Assembly (NCBI GenBank): GCA_016200085.1
Contig: JACQFL010000018.1
Coordinates: 48,006-112,005 of the forward strand
DNA length: 64,000 nt
Direction of reading: 5' to 3'
Source of the DNA: Candidatus Rokuibacteriota bacterium
Lineage (GTDB): Bacteria > Methylomirabilota > Methylomirabilia > Rokubacteriales > CSP1-6
Under the pieces are notes generated by a model that saw only the letters and a program-made list of their open reading frames with translations, made no database searches and was not told the origin of the DNA. This document shows, piece by piece, positions 11,709 through 21,828 of the stretch (position 1 is the first letter of the stretch; each line of letters starts with the position of its first letter). Position numbers and translations under genes: made by a program.

Positions 11709-14441
11709 TCAGCGGCTGGGCGGGCTCGGGGGGGGCGCCGCGGGCACCTGGAAGCCGAGCTTCTGATCGGACTTCAACACCGTGGGGGTCAGGAACACGA
11801 CCAGCTCCCGTCCCGTCTCGAAGTTCTCGCGCGACTTGAACAGCCAGCCGAAGAACGGAATGTCGCCGAAGAGCGGCACCTTGCGGTTCGTCACCTGGCT
11901 CACGCCGGTGGTCACGCCACCGACGACCAGGCGCTCGCCCTCCTTGACGATGACCTGGGTCTCCGTCTTGCGCTTGTTGATGGCGGGCGGCTGGCCGGCG
12001 CTGCCGAGGTTCACCACGTTGCCCCGCGAGTTGTTCTCCACGACCACCACCATCTTGATCCTGGTCGCGTCGACTTCGCGGATCACCGTCGGGGTGACCG
12101 TCAGCTGCAGGAGCGCCTCCTTGAACTGGATCTGCGTGCCGGCCGAGCTGATGGTCGCGTACGGAATCTCCTCGCCGAGCGACACCTTGGCGGTCGCGTT
12201 CTCCACCGTGACGATCTCGGGCCGGGCGAGCGTGCGGGTCTTGCCCTGCTCGGCGAGGTCCTGGAGCATGAGGTTGATGTTCAGCCGCGTGCCGACGATG
12301 CCGAACGCGATGCCCGCCGCCGGAAGCGGCCCCGAGTTCGGGAGCGAGGTGATCGGCAGGTTGATGAGGTTGCCGCCGAGGGGCAGGCCGGTGAGGAAGC
12401 TGACCGGCAAGCCGCCGACCTTGGCGTCCGAGATGGACTGGAGCAGCAGGTTGGGGTTGGACGGCACGAACCCGATCGTCGACACCGGATCGAGCAGGGG
12501 CGCCGCGCCGATGAGCCGCCCGGGGATCACGGGCACATTCTGGCCGCTGACGACGGCGGTCTGCAGTCCCTGGCTCACCAGCGACGTCGAGCCGATGTTG
12601 CCGAGCGTCATGCCGCCCCACTGGATACCGATCTGCTCGAGGGCGTTGCGATCGAGGATCTCCATCCGCGCCTCGATCTTGACCTGGGGCAGCGGCACGT
12701 CGAGCGACTCGGAGATCAGCTTCTTCACCCGGTCGAGGTCCGCCGAGTAGAGCCGGAGGAAGAGCGTGTTGGTCGGCTTGTGGGCGCGGATCGTGAGGCC
12801 CTTGGCCAGCACGTCCTGCGACACCGACACGGGCGGCGGCTGCGGAGCGGGCTGGGTCGCCTGCTGACCGTAGAGCTGGGCGAAGGGGGGCTCGGCGATG
12901 AGCGGGCCGCCACCGAGCGTGGTGTTGCCCGTGAGCATGGTGCCCTGCTCGCTGATGCCGAGGATGCCCTGGAGCGTCTTCGCGACCTCGACGGGATCGG
13001 CGTAGAAGAGGCGGAGCGTCTCCTCGCGCAGCGGCCCGCGGGCCTCGGCCTCGCGCGAGGAGGCCTCGGCGGCCAGGCGCTTCTGCTGGACCTCGACCTC
13101 CTTCAGGGCCGCCTCGGCGATGCGCGTGCGGACCTCGGCCTCGGCCTTGACCTTCGCCTCCTCGGCGAGCGCGCGCTGCTGGCGCTCCTTCGTCAGCTGC
13201 TCGTCGGAGACGATGCGGATGATGTTGTCGCGCTCGAGCTTCTGGAGGTTGCGAGCCTCCATGATGATGTCGAGCGCCTGCTCCCAGGTCACGTTGCGGA
13301 GCGAGATCGAGACCTTGCCCTTGACGTCGTCGCCGACCACGATGTTGCGTCCGCTCTCGGCCGCGAGGATGCGGAAGAGGTTCACGACGTCGGCATCCTT
13401 GAACTCAAGCGAGATCAGCCGCTGCTCTCCGGCGCGCCCCGACGCGGCCTGTGGAGTTGGTGCGGGCATCGGTACGAACGAGGGCGGAGTGGACTTCAGC
13501 GGCGCCGGCGGGGCGGCCTGCGCGGCCGGGACCGCGCTGGGCAGGGGCGGGGTCGCTGTCGGTCCGGCGGGAGGCGGCACCGCGATCGGCGGGGCCGACA
13601 GCTGGGCCGTCGCCTTCGGCGCCGGCGCGCTCGCCGGCGGTGGGCTGGCGACGGGCTCCGCGGTCGGGACCGGCGGGGTCACCGGGGCGCGCGCGGACGC
13701 CGGGGCCGCCGCGGGTGAAGGCACGGGCGCCACTGGCGGCGCCGGCATGGCGGAGGCCGGCGTGGGCGACGCCGATGTGGGCGATGCCGGCGCCGCGGGC
13801 ATCGGCGCCGGCGACGTGGCCGTCACCGGCGCGGGCGTGGCAGCCGCGTCGGCGAGCGCCGGGGGAGCGGCGGGCGGCGCGGGCTCGGGAGGAACGGACG
13901 CGACGCGCGGCTCGGGGGCTTCCCGCGACGCGGCCTCCGCGCGCTCTCGCTCCGCCGCCGGCGGCTCCTGCGGCGCGCGACCCACGCCTTCCTGCCGGGG
14001 CGGAAGCGCGGCCGGCGCAGCCTCGCGCGCCGTGGCGCTCGGGATCGCGATGACGAGGCCGTCCGAGGTCTCGTGGATGGCGTAGCCCGTTCGTCCGGTG
14101 AGCTCCACGACGACGCGGGCCACGTCGCGGCGGTACTGGCTGCCGCGGATCTGCCGCAGCGGCTCCTCGCCTACCACGAGGGGCGAGCCGCGCCAGGCAT
14201 ACGTCGTGTCCTCGAGGTCCACCACGAGGCGCGCGGGCGACTCGAGCATCTCGGCGCGATACCGCGGAGGCCCGGCGGCGCGGAGCTCCACGGTGATGGT
14301 GTCGCCCTCGGCGCCGAGGCTGATCTCCTCGAGGCGCGAGCGGCCGGCCGGCGTGCCGGGCGAGGGCATCGTGAAGAGGAGGACCGAGAGGAGGAGACCG
14401 CTTGCTACCCGCGACGCGCGAGTCCGGAGGTGAAAGGGCAT
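11709..14441 (-). CDS. pilQ: type IV pilus secretin PilQ
   Basis: 910 aa: signal peptide, AMIN-like N-domain, about 200-aa Pro/Ala-rich linker, C-terminal secretin domain (..ELVVFLTPTVL..). Confidence 0.9.
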   Translation of the reverse strand: MPFHLRTRASRVASGLLLSVLLFTMPSPGTPAGRSRLEEISLGAEGDTITVELRAAGPPRYRAEMLESPARLVVDLEDTTYAWRGSPLVVGEEPLRQIRGSQYRRDVARVVVELTGRTGYAIHETSDGLVIAIPSATAREAAPAALPPRQEGVGRAPQEPPAAERERAEAASREAPEPRVASVPPEPAPPAAPPALADAAATPAPVTATSPAPMPAAPASPTSASPTPASAMPAPPVAPVPSPAAAPASARAPVTPPVPTAEPVASPPPASAPAPKATAQLSAPPIAVPPPAGPTATPPLPSAVPAAQAAPPAPLKSTPPSFVPMPAPTPQAASGRAGEQRLISLEFKDADVVNLFRILAAESGRNIVVGDDVKGKVSISLRNVTWEQALDIIMEARNLQKLERDNIIRIVSDEQLTKERQQRALAEEAKVKAEAEVRTRIAEAALKEVEVQQKRLAAEASSREAEARGPLREETLRLFYADPVEVAKTLQGILGISEQGTMLTGNTTLGGGPLIAEPPFAQLYGQQATQPAPQPPPVSVSQDVLAKGLTIRAHKPTNTLFLRLYSADLDRVKKLISESLDVPLPQVKIEARMEILDRNALEQIGIQWGGMTLGNIGSTSLVSQGLQTAVVSGQNVPVIPGRLIGAAPLLDPVSTIGFVPSNPNLLLQSISDAKVGGLPVSFLTGLPLGGNLINLPITSLPNSGPLPAAGIAFGIVGTRLNINLMLQDLAEQGKTRTLARPEIVTVENATAKVSLGEEIPYATISSAGTQIQFKEALLQLTVTPTVIREVDATRIKMVVVVENNSRGNVVNLGSAGQPPAINKRKTETQVIVKEGERLVVGGVTTGVSQVTNRKVPLFGDIPFFGWLFKSRENFETGRELVVFLTPTVLKSDQKLGFQVPAAPPPSPPSR

Positions 14442-14909
14442 TCAGTCTCCCGCGAGCTTCAGCACCACGCGGTTCGCCCCGGATCCCGGTCGCGCCGTGA
14501 TCCCGAACACGACGGAGTCGGGCCCGATCTCCACCACCCGGCTTTCGCCCAGCGAGTCGCCCACCCGGAGGATGTACCCCACGCCGTCCGAGGTCTCGAC
14601 GAGCGCCCAGGGCGCGCCGCCGCTCTTGACGATGCCGGTGAGCTTCGCCGTCGTCACCATCGGACGCGCCGTGCCCTCGATCACCTCGAGGGTCTGGAAG
14701 GGGTCGCGCCGTCCCCGGGGCTCGTAGGTCGGCGGCGCCGGCTTTGGCCGCGCGCTCTCCGCGGCGGCCTGGCCGGGGCCGCCCGCGGGCACGGCCGCGA
14801 CCGAGGCGCTCACCTTCGGCGCCGGCGGCGTCGATGACGGCGAGGAGCCGCACGCCGCCGTGCCCAGGACCGCGCCGAGCACGGTGAGCACGCAGGGGCG
14901 CGCCGTCAC
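14442..14909 (-). CDS. pilP: type IV pilus assembly lipoprotein PilP
   Basis: 155 aa, lipobox ..AACGS, size and position between pilO and pilQ. Confidence 0.75.
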   Translation of the reverse strand: MTARPCVLTVLGAVLGTAACGSSPSSTPPAPKVSASVAAVPAGGPGQAAAESARPKPAPPTYEPRGRRDPFQTLEVIEGTARPMVTTAKLTGIVKSGGAPWALVETSDGVGYILRVGDSLGESRVVEIGPDSVVFGITARPGSGANRVVLKLAGD

Positions 14910-15511
14910 TTCTTCTCCTTGCCCTTGGACACGGGGGGTGCGCCGATGGGGCGATACACGTAGGTCGAGACGGTGACGTCGGCGTGGAGCGAGCTGCGTC
15001 CCTTGCCCAGGCCGGCGACCTTGAGATCGCTGACCGTCACGATCCGGGGGATCGCCGCCACCCTCTCGAAGAACTTGCCGAGCTGGTGATAGCCGCCCTC
15101 CACCGCCATCGCGATCGGAATCTCGGTGTAGTAGTCGTGGACCCGGGGCTCCTTGGGCTGGAAGGTCCCGACCTCCAGGCCGGACTGGAACGCCGACTCC
15201 GAGAGCGTGCGATAGAGCGTCGAGATCTCGCGCTCCGCGGGCAGCTTCTCGCGCGTGGCCTCGAGCTGGCGCTCGATCGCGCTGGTCTCGCGCCGGAAGC
15301 GCGCGAGGTCCGCGATGGCCGCCCGGGTCTGGACCAGCTCGGCCTGGACGCTCCGGTTCTGCCCGTCCTGGGCCGCGACCCGCGCCTGCAGCGGTGAGAG
15401 CAGCAGGAAGTAGCCTCCGCCGACGATGACGGCGAGCCCGACGAGCCCGAGCGTGATCTTCTGGGACATCGAGGCGTTGACGAGCGGGTCGAAGATCGCG
15501 GGCAGCGCCAC
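14906..15511 (-). CDS. pilO: type IV pilus assembly protein PilO
   Basis: 201 aa, one N-terminal TM helix plus coiled coil; pilMNOPQ order. Confidence 0.8.
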   Translation of the reverse strand: MALPAIFDPLVNASMSQKITLGLVGLAVIVGGGYFLLLSPLQARVAAQDGQNRSVQAELVQTRAAIADLARFRRETSAIERQLEATREKLPAEREISTLYRTLSESAFQSGLEVGTFQPKEPRVHDYYTEIPIAMAVEGGYHQLGKFFERVAAIPRIVTVSDLKVAGLGKGRSSLHADVTVSTYVYRPIGAPPVSKGKEKK

Positions 15512-15512
15512 G

Positions 15513-16076
15513 TCAGCCCCCGAACCGACAGGCGGCCTCGAACGTCACGAGCCGCGGGTTCTTGGTCAGGTCCTGCTTCGACGACAGGAGGTCGACGTCC
15601 TTGAACCTCCCCGACGATCGCAGGTTCGACAGGAAGTCGGCCACCGCGGTGGCCGAGAACGCCGTGCCGCTCAGCTTGAGCTCGCTGCTCTTGTCCTCGA
15701 GCCCGGTCAGCCAGAGGTCGCGCGGCACCGCGTCGGCGAGAACGTCGAAGAGCGCGGTGGGGCGCGCCTGGTTCTTGGTCAGCTCCTGGATCGCGTCGAG
15801 CCGCTCGCGGAGGTCGCCCAGCTGCTCGCGCACCCTGGCCCCCTGGCCGAGCGTCGTCTTCATGGCCAGCAGCTCGCCGTTGGCCCGCAGGAGCTCGGTC
15901 GACAGCCGGCTTTCCTGGCGCGAGAGCGTGCCGTAGTACACGACGAGCAGCACGAGGCCGACCAGGTACACGAGGCCGAAGCCGAGCCCGACGTTGAACT
16001 CGGGCAGACGGGGCTTGAGCGTGAACGCCGGGCGGCGGCGCGTCTCGGGCGGCGCGAGGTTGATCCGGACGGTCAT
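15513..16076 (-). CDS. pilN: type IV pilus assembly protein PilN
   Basis: 187 aa bitopic protein following pilM. Confidence 0.8.
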   Translation of the reverse strand: MTVRINLAPPETRRRPAFTLKPRLPEFNVGLGFGLVYLVGLVLLVVYYGTLSRQESRLSTELLRANGELLAMKTTLGQGARVREQLGDLRERLDAIQELTKNQARPTALFDVLADAVPRDLWLTGLEDKSSELKLSGTAFSATAVADFLSNLRSSGRFKDVDLLSSKQDLTKNPRLVTFEAACRFGG

Positions 16077-17146
16077 CGCTTCGCCGAGTCCCCGGGCTGG
16101 CGCAGGCCCAGGCCGACCGCGACCGCCAGCGAAGGACCCGCGGCGGCCACCTCCTGCGCGTGCTCCGGCGCGACCTGCACGTGCTCGAACGGCTTGACGA
16201 CCTCGACGGGCACGCCGAACGTCGAGCCGAGATACTCGCGCAGGCCCACGAGCTTCGAGGTGCCGCCGGCGAGGACCATCTTGCTGATCTGCTCGGTGGC
16301 CGCGGTGGAGGCGAAGTAGTCGAAGGCCCGCTGCAGCTCGAGCGCGAGCTCGCGCGAGACGGCGTCACGCACGGGGGCCAGGGCCTCGAGCGCGAACCCG
16401 CCCTCGCGGCCGAGCTTGGCGGCCTCCGCCTGCGCGAACGGGATCTTGAGCCGGGCCGCGATCGTCTCGGTGTAGCGGTTGCCTCCGAAGGGCACGTCGC
16501 GCACGAACAGGGTGGTGCCCCCGCGCACGACGTTGATCTTCATCATGGTGGCGCCGATGTCGACCAGCGCGACCAGCCCCGTCTCCTCGGGGGCGTTCAT
16601 CTCGAACTGGTTGCCGAGGGCGAAGCCGTCGACGTCCACGACGACGGGGCTCAGCCCCGCCTCCTGCACGGCGTTGGCGTACTCGGTGACCTTCGTCTTC
16701 TTGGCGGCCACGAGGGCCAGCTCCAGGACCCTGTCCTGCTGTCCCAGGACGTGGTAGTCGAGGAAGACCTCGTCGATGGCGAAGGGGATCTGGTGCTCCG
16801 CCTCGAGGTGCACCGCCTCGGGCAGCTCGCGGGCGGGGACCTCGGGGATCTGGAGCTTCTTGATCATCAGCTCGCGGCCGCAGATCCCGATGGCGGCGTC
16901 GGTGGTCTTGATCCCGGCCTTGGAGACGGCGTGCTGGATGGCGTCCACCACGGCCGCCAGGTCGTGGATGGTGCCCTCGGAGATGGCCCCGGGCGGCAGC
17001 TCCACCACGCCAAGGGCCTTGAGCGACACTGCAGGGCCCGTTCGGTCGAGCTGGACCGCCTTGACCGCGCTGGAACCGATGTCCAACCCGAAGCAATCCG
17101 GGGGCTTTTTGACACCGAACCGATGAAGAAAGTCCCCGACTGCCAC
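16073..17146 (-). CDS. pilM: type IV pilus assembly ATPase-like protein PilM
   Basis: 357 aa actin-like/FtsA-fold PilM (..FGLDIGSSAVKAVQL..). Confidence 0.9.
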   Translation of the reverse strand: MAVGDFLHRFGVKKPPDCFGLDIGSSAVKAVQLDRTGPAVSLKALGVVELPPGAISEGTIHDLAAVVDAIQHAVSKAGIKTTDAAIGICGRELMIKKLQIPEVPARELPEAVHLEAEHQIPFAIDEVFLDYHVLGQQDRVLELALVAAKKTKVTEYANAVQEAGLSPVVVDVDGFALGNQFEMNAPEETGLVALVDIGATMMKINVVRGGTTLFVRDVPFGGNRYTETIAARLKIPFAQAEAAKLGREGGFALEALAPVRDAVSRELALELQRAFDYFASTAATEQISKMVLAGGTSKLVGLREYLGSTFGVPVEVVKPFEHVQVAPEHAQEVAAAGPSLAVAVGLGLRQPGDSAKR

Positions 17147-17318
17147 CGAGTTGTTATTAGCGCACTCTCAGGAGCCTGTCAAAAGGAAACTTCCAGAAAT
17201 CGGGGGTGTTAGTCGCCCACACTACCAGCGGTTGTACGCGCGAGTGCCGAGACCTTCCCGGCAGGTACCCCGGACGAATCGCTCACGCCGGCGAAGCTGG
17301 AGGCGGCGCCGACGCCGC

Positions 17319-18701
17319 TCAGGGCGAGGCGACTTCCTGGTAGGTGCCCGGCACGAGGAACCACTGCTGGGGCACGGCGGTGTTGCTGCCGGTCCGGGAC
17401 TTGGGGCAGTCATAGGTCGTGTTGCCGCCGTACAGCTCGAGCCCGAGCTGGTCGTACGAGGTCTGGTTGTTGGTCATGTTCACGGTCGACATGTCGATGT
17501 ACGGGCCGCCCCCGGCCACGACGTTGCCGGCCACGGTGGCCCCGCCGCTCAGCCGCAGCGACTTGGCGGTGTACACCAGCCCGGAGAGCGTCGTGGTGCC
17601 GCCGCTGTTCTGGACGATGAGCTCCCCATTCACGATCAACCAGCCGCTCCAGTTGGGATGCTGGTCCATCGTGACCTTCGCCTGGTCGACCGCCTGCCCC
17701 GTCACCTCGGCCGGGATTCCGGTGCCGGGCGAATCGATGAAGACGAGCCCGTTCGGGATCGGCAGGCTGGTGTTCAGGACGAGGCGTCCGCTGGTCAGCG
17801 GCCAGTTCGCGGTGTTCGGTCGGATGTACGTGCCGAAGCCGTTCTGGGCCAGCGTGCGCAGCAGGCCCCACTCGTTCTGGGTGTAGAGCCAGGTCTCGTT
17901 GGGTTGGGTCTGCCACTGGCCGTTGATGGCGGCCAGGGTCTGGGCCGACGTCGAGTTGTCCGCGTTGATATCGCTGACGTTGCCGCTCGCGTTGAGCTTG
18001 CCGAGCTGGGGACCCGTGGCGACCGATGGTTGAGTGATCAGGATGCCCCACTGCTTGGGGTTCGTGTTCGTGACGCAATTGGCCGTGGCCGGCGCCGCGG
18101 AGACCGTGCCGTTCGCGCCGCCGGCCTTTTGCGCGTCGCCGGTGTAGACGCCCGCCGCGGCCGCGGGAAAGCTCAGCGCCCTGAGGTACTGGACCCTCGC
18201 CAGGATCTTGCGCTGGGAGAACCTCGGGTTGGCCATCTGGGCCCCTTGACCCGAGACCGCGGCCGCCTGGCCGACCACCTGGAGCTGGTACATGTTGCCG
18301 GGATCGGCCGGATTGCCCCCCTGGACCCCTTGCTGCCAGGCCTTGATGCTGAACGTCGCGGTGTTGTTGAACGCGAAGTTGGTGGCGCCGTCGTACGGCG
18401 AGGCGGCGACGGCAGCGATGAGGTCGTTCCGGATCATGGTGTTGCTGTCGGCGCAGGGCCCCGTGGGCGCACAGTGCGACAGCGCCCAGATCGCCCGCTC
18501 GAAGCCGGCGTCCGCCGCGGAGTGCGCGAGCATGGACGCCTGGAGATTCGAGGCGATGGTCGGCTCGAGCGCGGCATAGGAGCTGAACGTGACGGTCAGC
18601 GCCAGGATGATGGCCAGGGCGACGAGCGTGAGCGGCAGCACGACGCCGCGCTGGTCCCTCAGCGGACGCATCACGCTGGCGTCAGCACGATGAGCAGTCA
18701 T
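17319..18701 (-). CDS. PilX-like large minor pilin / pilus assembly protein (copy 1)
   Basis: 460 aa; N-terminus DQRGVVLPLTLVALAIILALTV resembles the PilX N-domain; Asn/Gly/Thr-rich C-terminal region; paralog of 19863..21224. Confidence 0.6.
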   Translation of the reverse strand: MTAHRADASVMRPLRDQRGVVLPLTLVALAIILALTVTFSSYAALEPTIASNLQASMLAHSAADAGFERAIWALSHCAPTGPCADSNTMIRNDLIAAVAASPYDGATNFAFNNTATFSIKAWQQGVQGGNPADPGNMYQLQVVGQAAAVSGQGAQMANPRFSQRKILARVQYLRALSFPAAAAGVYTGDAQKAGGANGTVSAAPATANCVTNTNPKQWGILITQPSVATGPQLGKLNASGNVSDINADNSTSAQTLAAINGQWQTQPNETWLYTQNEWGLLRTLAQNGFGTYIRPNTANWPLTSGRLVLNTSLPIPNGLVFIDSPGTGIPAEVTGQAVDQAKVTMDQHPNWSGWLIVNGELIVQNSGGTTTLSGLVYTAKSLRLSGGATVAGNVVAGGGPYIDMSTVNMTNNQTSYDQLGLELYGGNTTYDCPKSRTGSNTAVPQQWFLVPGTYQEVASP

Positions 18702-19299
18702 AGGCGGTCCGGCTCCTGAGCTGTACGCGGGTCGAGTTCTTCACCAGCTGGTACTGGGGCGACGAGCTGCTCGGGTTGTCCTCGTTCTGGGTCTGCAGCG
18801 CGATGGTCACCGCGAAGGCCTTGTCGTAGGTCGTCCGCGTGCTGCCGGTGCGGTCCCAGCACTGGACCGAGAAGAGGTTGACCCCTCCCACCAGGGTCAC
18901 GGTGGCACCGCTGTTCTCGCCGGAGGCCGTGCGCTGCAGGTTGGCGCCGCTCACGGCGTAGTGGATCGTCTGCGCCGTCTGACACAGCCCGTGCAGCGTG
19001 TTGTCCGTGTTCCACGTCAGGCAGGTGTTGAAGGTGACGTCGCTGGCGCCGCTCGCCTGGTCGCAGCTGGCGCCGGCGGTGAAGATCGCGCCGCCGGCGT
19101 CGGGCTGGGCCCCGAGGAGCTCCGCCGCCATGCGGGCCAGCGTGGTCCGCGCGTTCTGCTGGACGGCCACCCGGGCGTCGCCGACGCCGATCGAGATCAT
19201 GCCCTGGCTGACGACCGCGAAGACCCCGGCCAGCACGATGGCGGCCACGGTGCAGCCGATGAGGAGCTCCACGAGGCTGAAGCCGCGCTGGTGGCTCAT
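18682..19299 (-). CDS. PilW-like minor pilin (copy 1)
   Basis: C-terminal 205 aa of the 716-aa track ORF; prepilin N-terminal motif QRGFSLVELLIG; ATGA overlap with the upstream gene stop. Confidence 0.7.
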   Translation of the reverse strand: MSHQRGFSLVELLIGCTVAAIVLAGVFAVVSQGMISIGVGDARVAVQQNARTTLARMAAELLGAQPDAGGAIFTAGASCDQASGASDVTFNTCLTWNTDNTLHGLCQTAQTIHYAVSGANLQRTASGENSGATVTLVGGVNLFSVQCWDRTGSTRTTYDKAFAVTIALQTQNEDNPSSSSPQYQLVKNSTRVQLRSRTAYDCSSC

Positions 19300-19862
19300 T
19301 GCGTGGCGCGCCCGCGCTTGGCGACCAGCGCGTCGAGCTCCACCGTGAGCGGCGAGCCGGTCAGGCCGCCGGTGGCGACGAGGGGGGTGTAGGTGACCTT
19401 GACCTGCACGACCCGCAGGTCGGGGTCGCTGATCTGCTGGGCGCCGGTGCCCGAGCACAGGGGCGTGTAGGTGCTGTTCGAGCAGTCGAAGATCCGCACC
19501 GTGCGCGTGTAGCCGTAGAAGCCCTGGGCGTTGAGGTTCGTCAGGTCCGCCGCGTCGGTCCCGAAGGTGGAGTAGTTGCTGCCGTGGCTGTTGCAGGTGC
19601 TGGATTGGGGCTCGGTGCTCGCGTTGCTCGACTTGCCGAGACAATCGACGTCCGGGTTGAGCGTCCACGTCGCGCCGCGCACCCGCTCGAGGCGGTCCTG
19701 CGCGAGGAACATCGCGGCCGACATCTGGTTGCCGATCTGGACGCCCGAGACGCCGAAGGGCACCACGCTGGCCAGGCCGACGAGCGCGATGGCCACGACC
19801 GCGGTGGCGACCATGACCTCGGCGAGGGTGAAGCCGCGCGGATCGCATGGCCGGACGGCCAC
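19296..19862 (-). CDS. PilV-like minor pilin (copy 1)
   Basis: 188 aa, prepilin motif PRGFTLAEVMVATAVVAIALVGL. Confidence 0.75.
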   Translation of the reverse strand: MAVRPCDPRGFTLAEVMVATAVVAIALVGLASVVPFGVSGVQIGNQMSAAMFLAQDRLERVRGATWTLNPDVDCLGKSSNASTEPQSSTCNSHGSNYSTFGTDAADLTNLNAQGFYGYTRTVRIFDCSNSTYTPLCSGTGAQQISDPDLRVVQVKVTYTPLVATGGLTGSPLTVELDALVAKRGRATQ

Positions 19863-21224
19863 CTAGTTGGAGACCTCCTGGTACGTGCCCGGCACCACGA
19901 ACCAGCGCTGGGGGATCGCGGTCTTGTTCGACCCCGACCCCCCGTTGCGGCTGCTCTGGCAGCCATAGGTCATGTCGCCGCCGTAGAGGTTGAGGCCACC
20001 CTGGGCCTCGGTCACCGGGCCGGTCAGGTAGGGGCCGCCCCCGGCGACGCCGATGCCCGAGATCTTCGTCCTGTCGTTCAGGGTCAGGCTCTTGGCGGCG
20101 TAGGTCAGCCCGTTCAGCGACGGATCGGGGTTGCCGCTCGTCCGCGTCAGGGTGAGGTCGCCGTTGACGATCAGCCATCCGTACCAGGTCGCCCCCAGCG
20201 ACTTGACGATCACGGTCGCGCGGGTGTCGCTGCCGTTCACGGCGTCGATGGTGGCGTCGCTGAACGAGGTGCTCGGATCGATGAAGACGAGGCCGCCCTG
20301 GCTCGGCAGCGGGTGGGTGCTGTCGAAGACCAGGTTGCCGCCGCCGTCGAGGTTGCTGCCGTAGGTCCCGCTGCCCTGGCGGACGTAGGTGCCGAAGCCG
20401 TTGCGGGCCAGGGTTCTGAGCAGGCCCCATTCGTCCTTGGTGAACAGGTAGGGAAAGCTCGTCGCGTCCGTCTTCGTGTTGTTGCCGCCGTCGCCGTTCG
20501 CATTGATCTTGGAGGCGTTGGTGATTGACGCCCCGGAATAGATGGCGTACGGGCTGGTGTTGTTCTGCGCGCTGCAGTTGTTGTTGTGGTCGGCGCTGAC
20601 GGTGCTGGTGTTGCTGCCGTCGCCGTTGGCGCCGTACGGCGTGACGGCGGCGCCCCAAGTGGCCGCGTCGGTGGCCGGGCCGAAGGGCCGGAGATACTGC
20701 AACCGGGCCCAGATCTTGCGCTGGGAGAACTTCGGGTTGGCCATCTGGCTGCCCTGACCCGTGGTGGCGGCCGCCTGGCCGATCACCTCGAGCCGGTACA
20801 TGTTGCTCGGGTCGGGGTTCGCGCCGTTCCACTGCCAGGCCTTGACGCTGAACGACGCGGTGGTGTTGAAGGGGAAGCTGGTGGCGCCGTCGTAGGGCGC
20901 GGCCGCGGTCGCGTTGCTGAGGTCGTTGCGGATCATGGTGTTGCTGTCGGCGCAGGGCCCCGTCGACGCACAGTGCGACAGCGCCCAGATCGTCCGCTCG
21001 AAGCCGGCGTCCGCCGCGGAGTGGGCGAGCACGGACGCCTGCAGGTTGGCGGCGATGGTCGGCTCGAGCGCGGCGTAGGAGCTGAACGTCACCGTCAGCG
21101 CCAGGATGATGGCCAGCGCGACGAGGGTGAGCGGCAGCACGATGCCCCGCTGGTCTCCGAGCATGGGGATCACCGGGATCGCGCTGCCTCGCCCCGGCCC
21201 GCGGTCAGCACGTCGTGCAGTCAT
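19863..21224 (-). CDS. PilX-like large minor pilin / pilus assembly protein (copy 2)
   Basis: 453 aa; first ~110 residues after the DQRG motif nearly identical to copy 1, C-terminal half diverged. Confidence 0.6.
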   Translation of the reverse strand: MTARRADRGPGRGSAIPVIPMLGDQRGIVLPLTLVALAIILALTVTFSSYAALEPTIAANLQASVLAHSAADAGFERTIWALSHCASTGPCADSNTMIRNDLSNATAAAPYDGATSFPFNTTASFSVKAWQWNGANPDPSNMYRLEVIGQAAATTGQGSQMANPKFSQRKIWARLQYLRPFGPATDAATWGAAVTPYGANGDGSNTSTVSADHNNNCSAQNNTSPYAIYSGASITNASKINANGDGGNNTKTDATSFPYLFTKDEWGLLRTLARNGFGTYVRQGSGTYGSNLDGGGNLVFDSTHPLPSQGGLVFIDPSTSFSDATIDAVNGSDTRATVIVKSLGATWYGWLIVNGDLTLTRTSGNPDPSLNGLTYAAKSLTLNDRTKISGIGVAGGGPYLTGPVTEAQGGLNLYGGDMTYGCQSSRNGGSGSNKTAIPQRWFVVPGTYQEVSN

Positions 21225-21828
21225 AGACCGTCCGGCTCCTGAGCAGCAGGCGAGTCTTGTTGGTCACGAGCTGGTACTGCGGATTGCTCGACGAAGGGTT
21301 GTCCTCGTTCTGGGTCGTCAGGGAGATCGTGACCGCGAACGCCTTGTCGTAGGTCGTCTGGACCGGCGTTCGGGTGGAGTCCGTCCGGTCCCAGCACTGG
21401 ACCGCGAAGGCCTGGACGCCGCCCACGAGCGTCACCGCGACCCCGCTGTTCTCCAGCGACGCCGTGCGCTGCAGGTTGGTGCCGCTGACGGCGTACCGGA
21501 CGGTCTGCGGCGTGGTGCACTTGCCGGTGTTGGCGTCCCAGCCGCCGACGGTGCACGCGTTGAAGGTGACGTCGTTGGCGCCGCCCGGCTGGTCGCAGTT
21601 GGCGCCGGCGGTGAAGATGGCGCCGCTGGCGTCCGGCTGGGCGCCCAGCATCTCCGCGGCGATCCGGGCCAGCGTGGTCCGCGCGTTCTGCTGGACGGCC
21701 ACCCTGGCGTCCCCCACGCCGATCGAGATCATGCCCTGGCTGACGACCGCGAAGACGCCGGCGAGCACGACGGCGGCCACCGTGCAGCCGATCAGCAGCT
21801 CGACGAGGCTGAACCCGCGCTGGCTCAC
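21205..21828 (-). CDS. PilW-like minor pilin (copy 2)
   Basis: C-terminal 207 aa of the 325-aa track ORF; VSQRGFSLVELLIGCTVAAV..; GTG start in a GTGA overlap; highly similar to copy 1. Confidence 0.7.
   Translation of the reverse strand: MSQRGFSLVELLIGCTVAAVVLAGVFAVVSQGMISIGVGDARVAVQQNARTTLARIAAEMLGAQPDASGAIFTAGANCDQPGGANDVTFNACTVGGWDANTGKCTTPQTVRYAVSGTNLQRTASLENSGVAVTLVGGVQAFAVQCWDRTDSTRTPVQTTYDKAFAVTISLTTQNEDNPSSSNPQYQLVTNKTRLLLRSRTVYDCTTC

Noticed and set aside
18682-20832. 716-aa ORF as a single protein; similarly 27831..30497 (888 aa), 21205..22182, 21825..22907, 22364..23473, 1414..3132, 5759..7030 and 9371..11107
   Set aside because: Only the C-terminal portions match real families (PilW-like, PilS, LivG, ThiE, AroB and so on). 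The N-terminal extensions overlap the upstream gene out of frame, and the true starts are ATG/GTG codons in 4-nt overlaps with the upstream stop.
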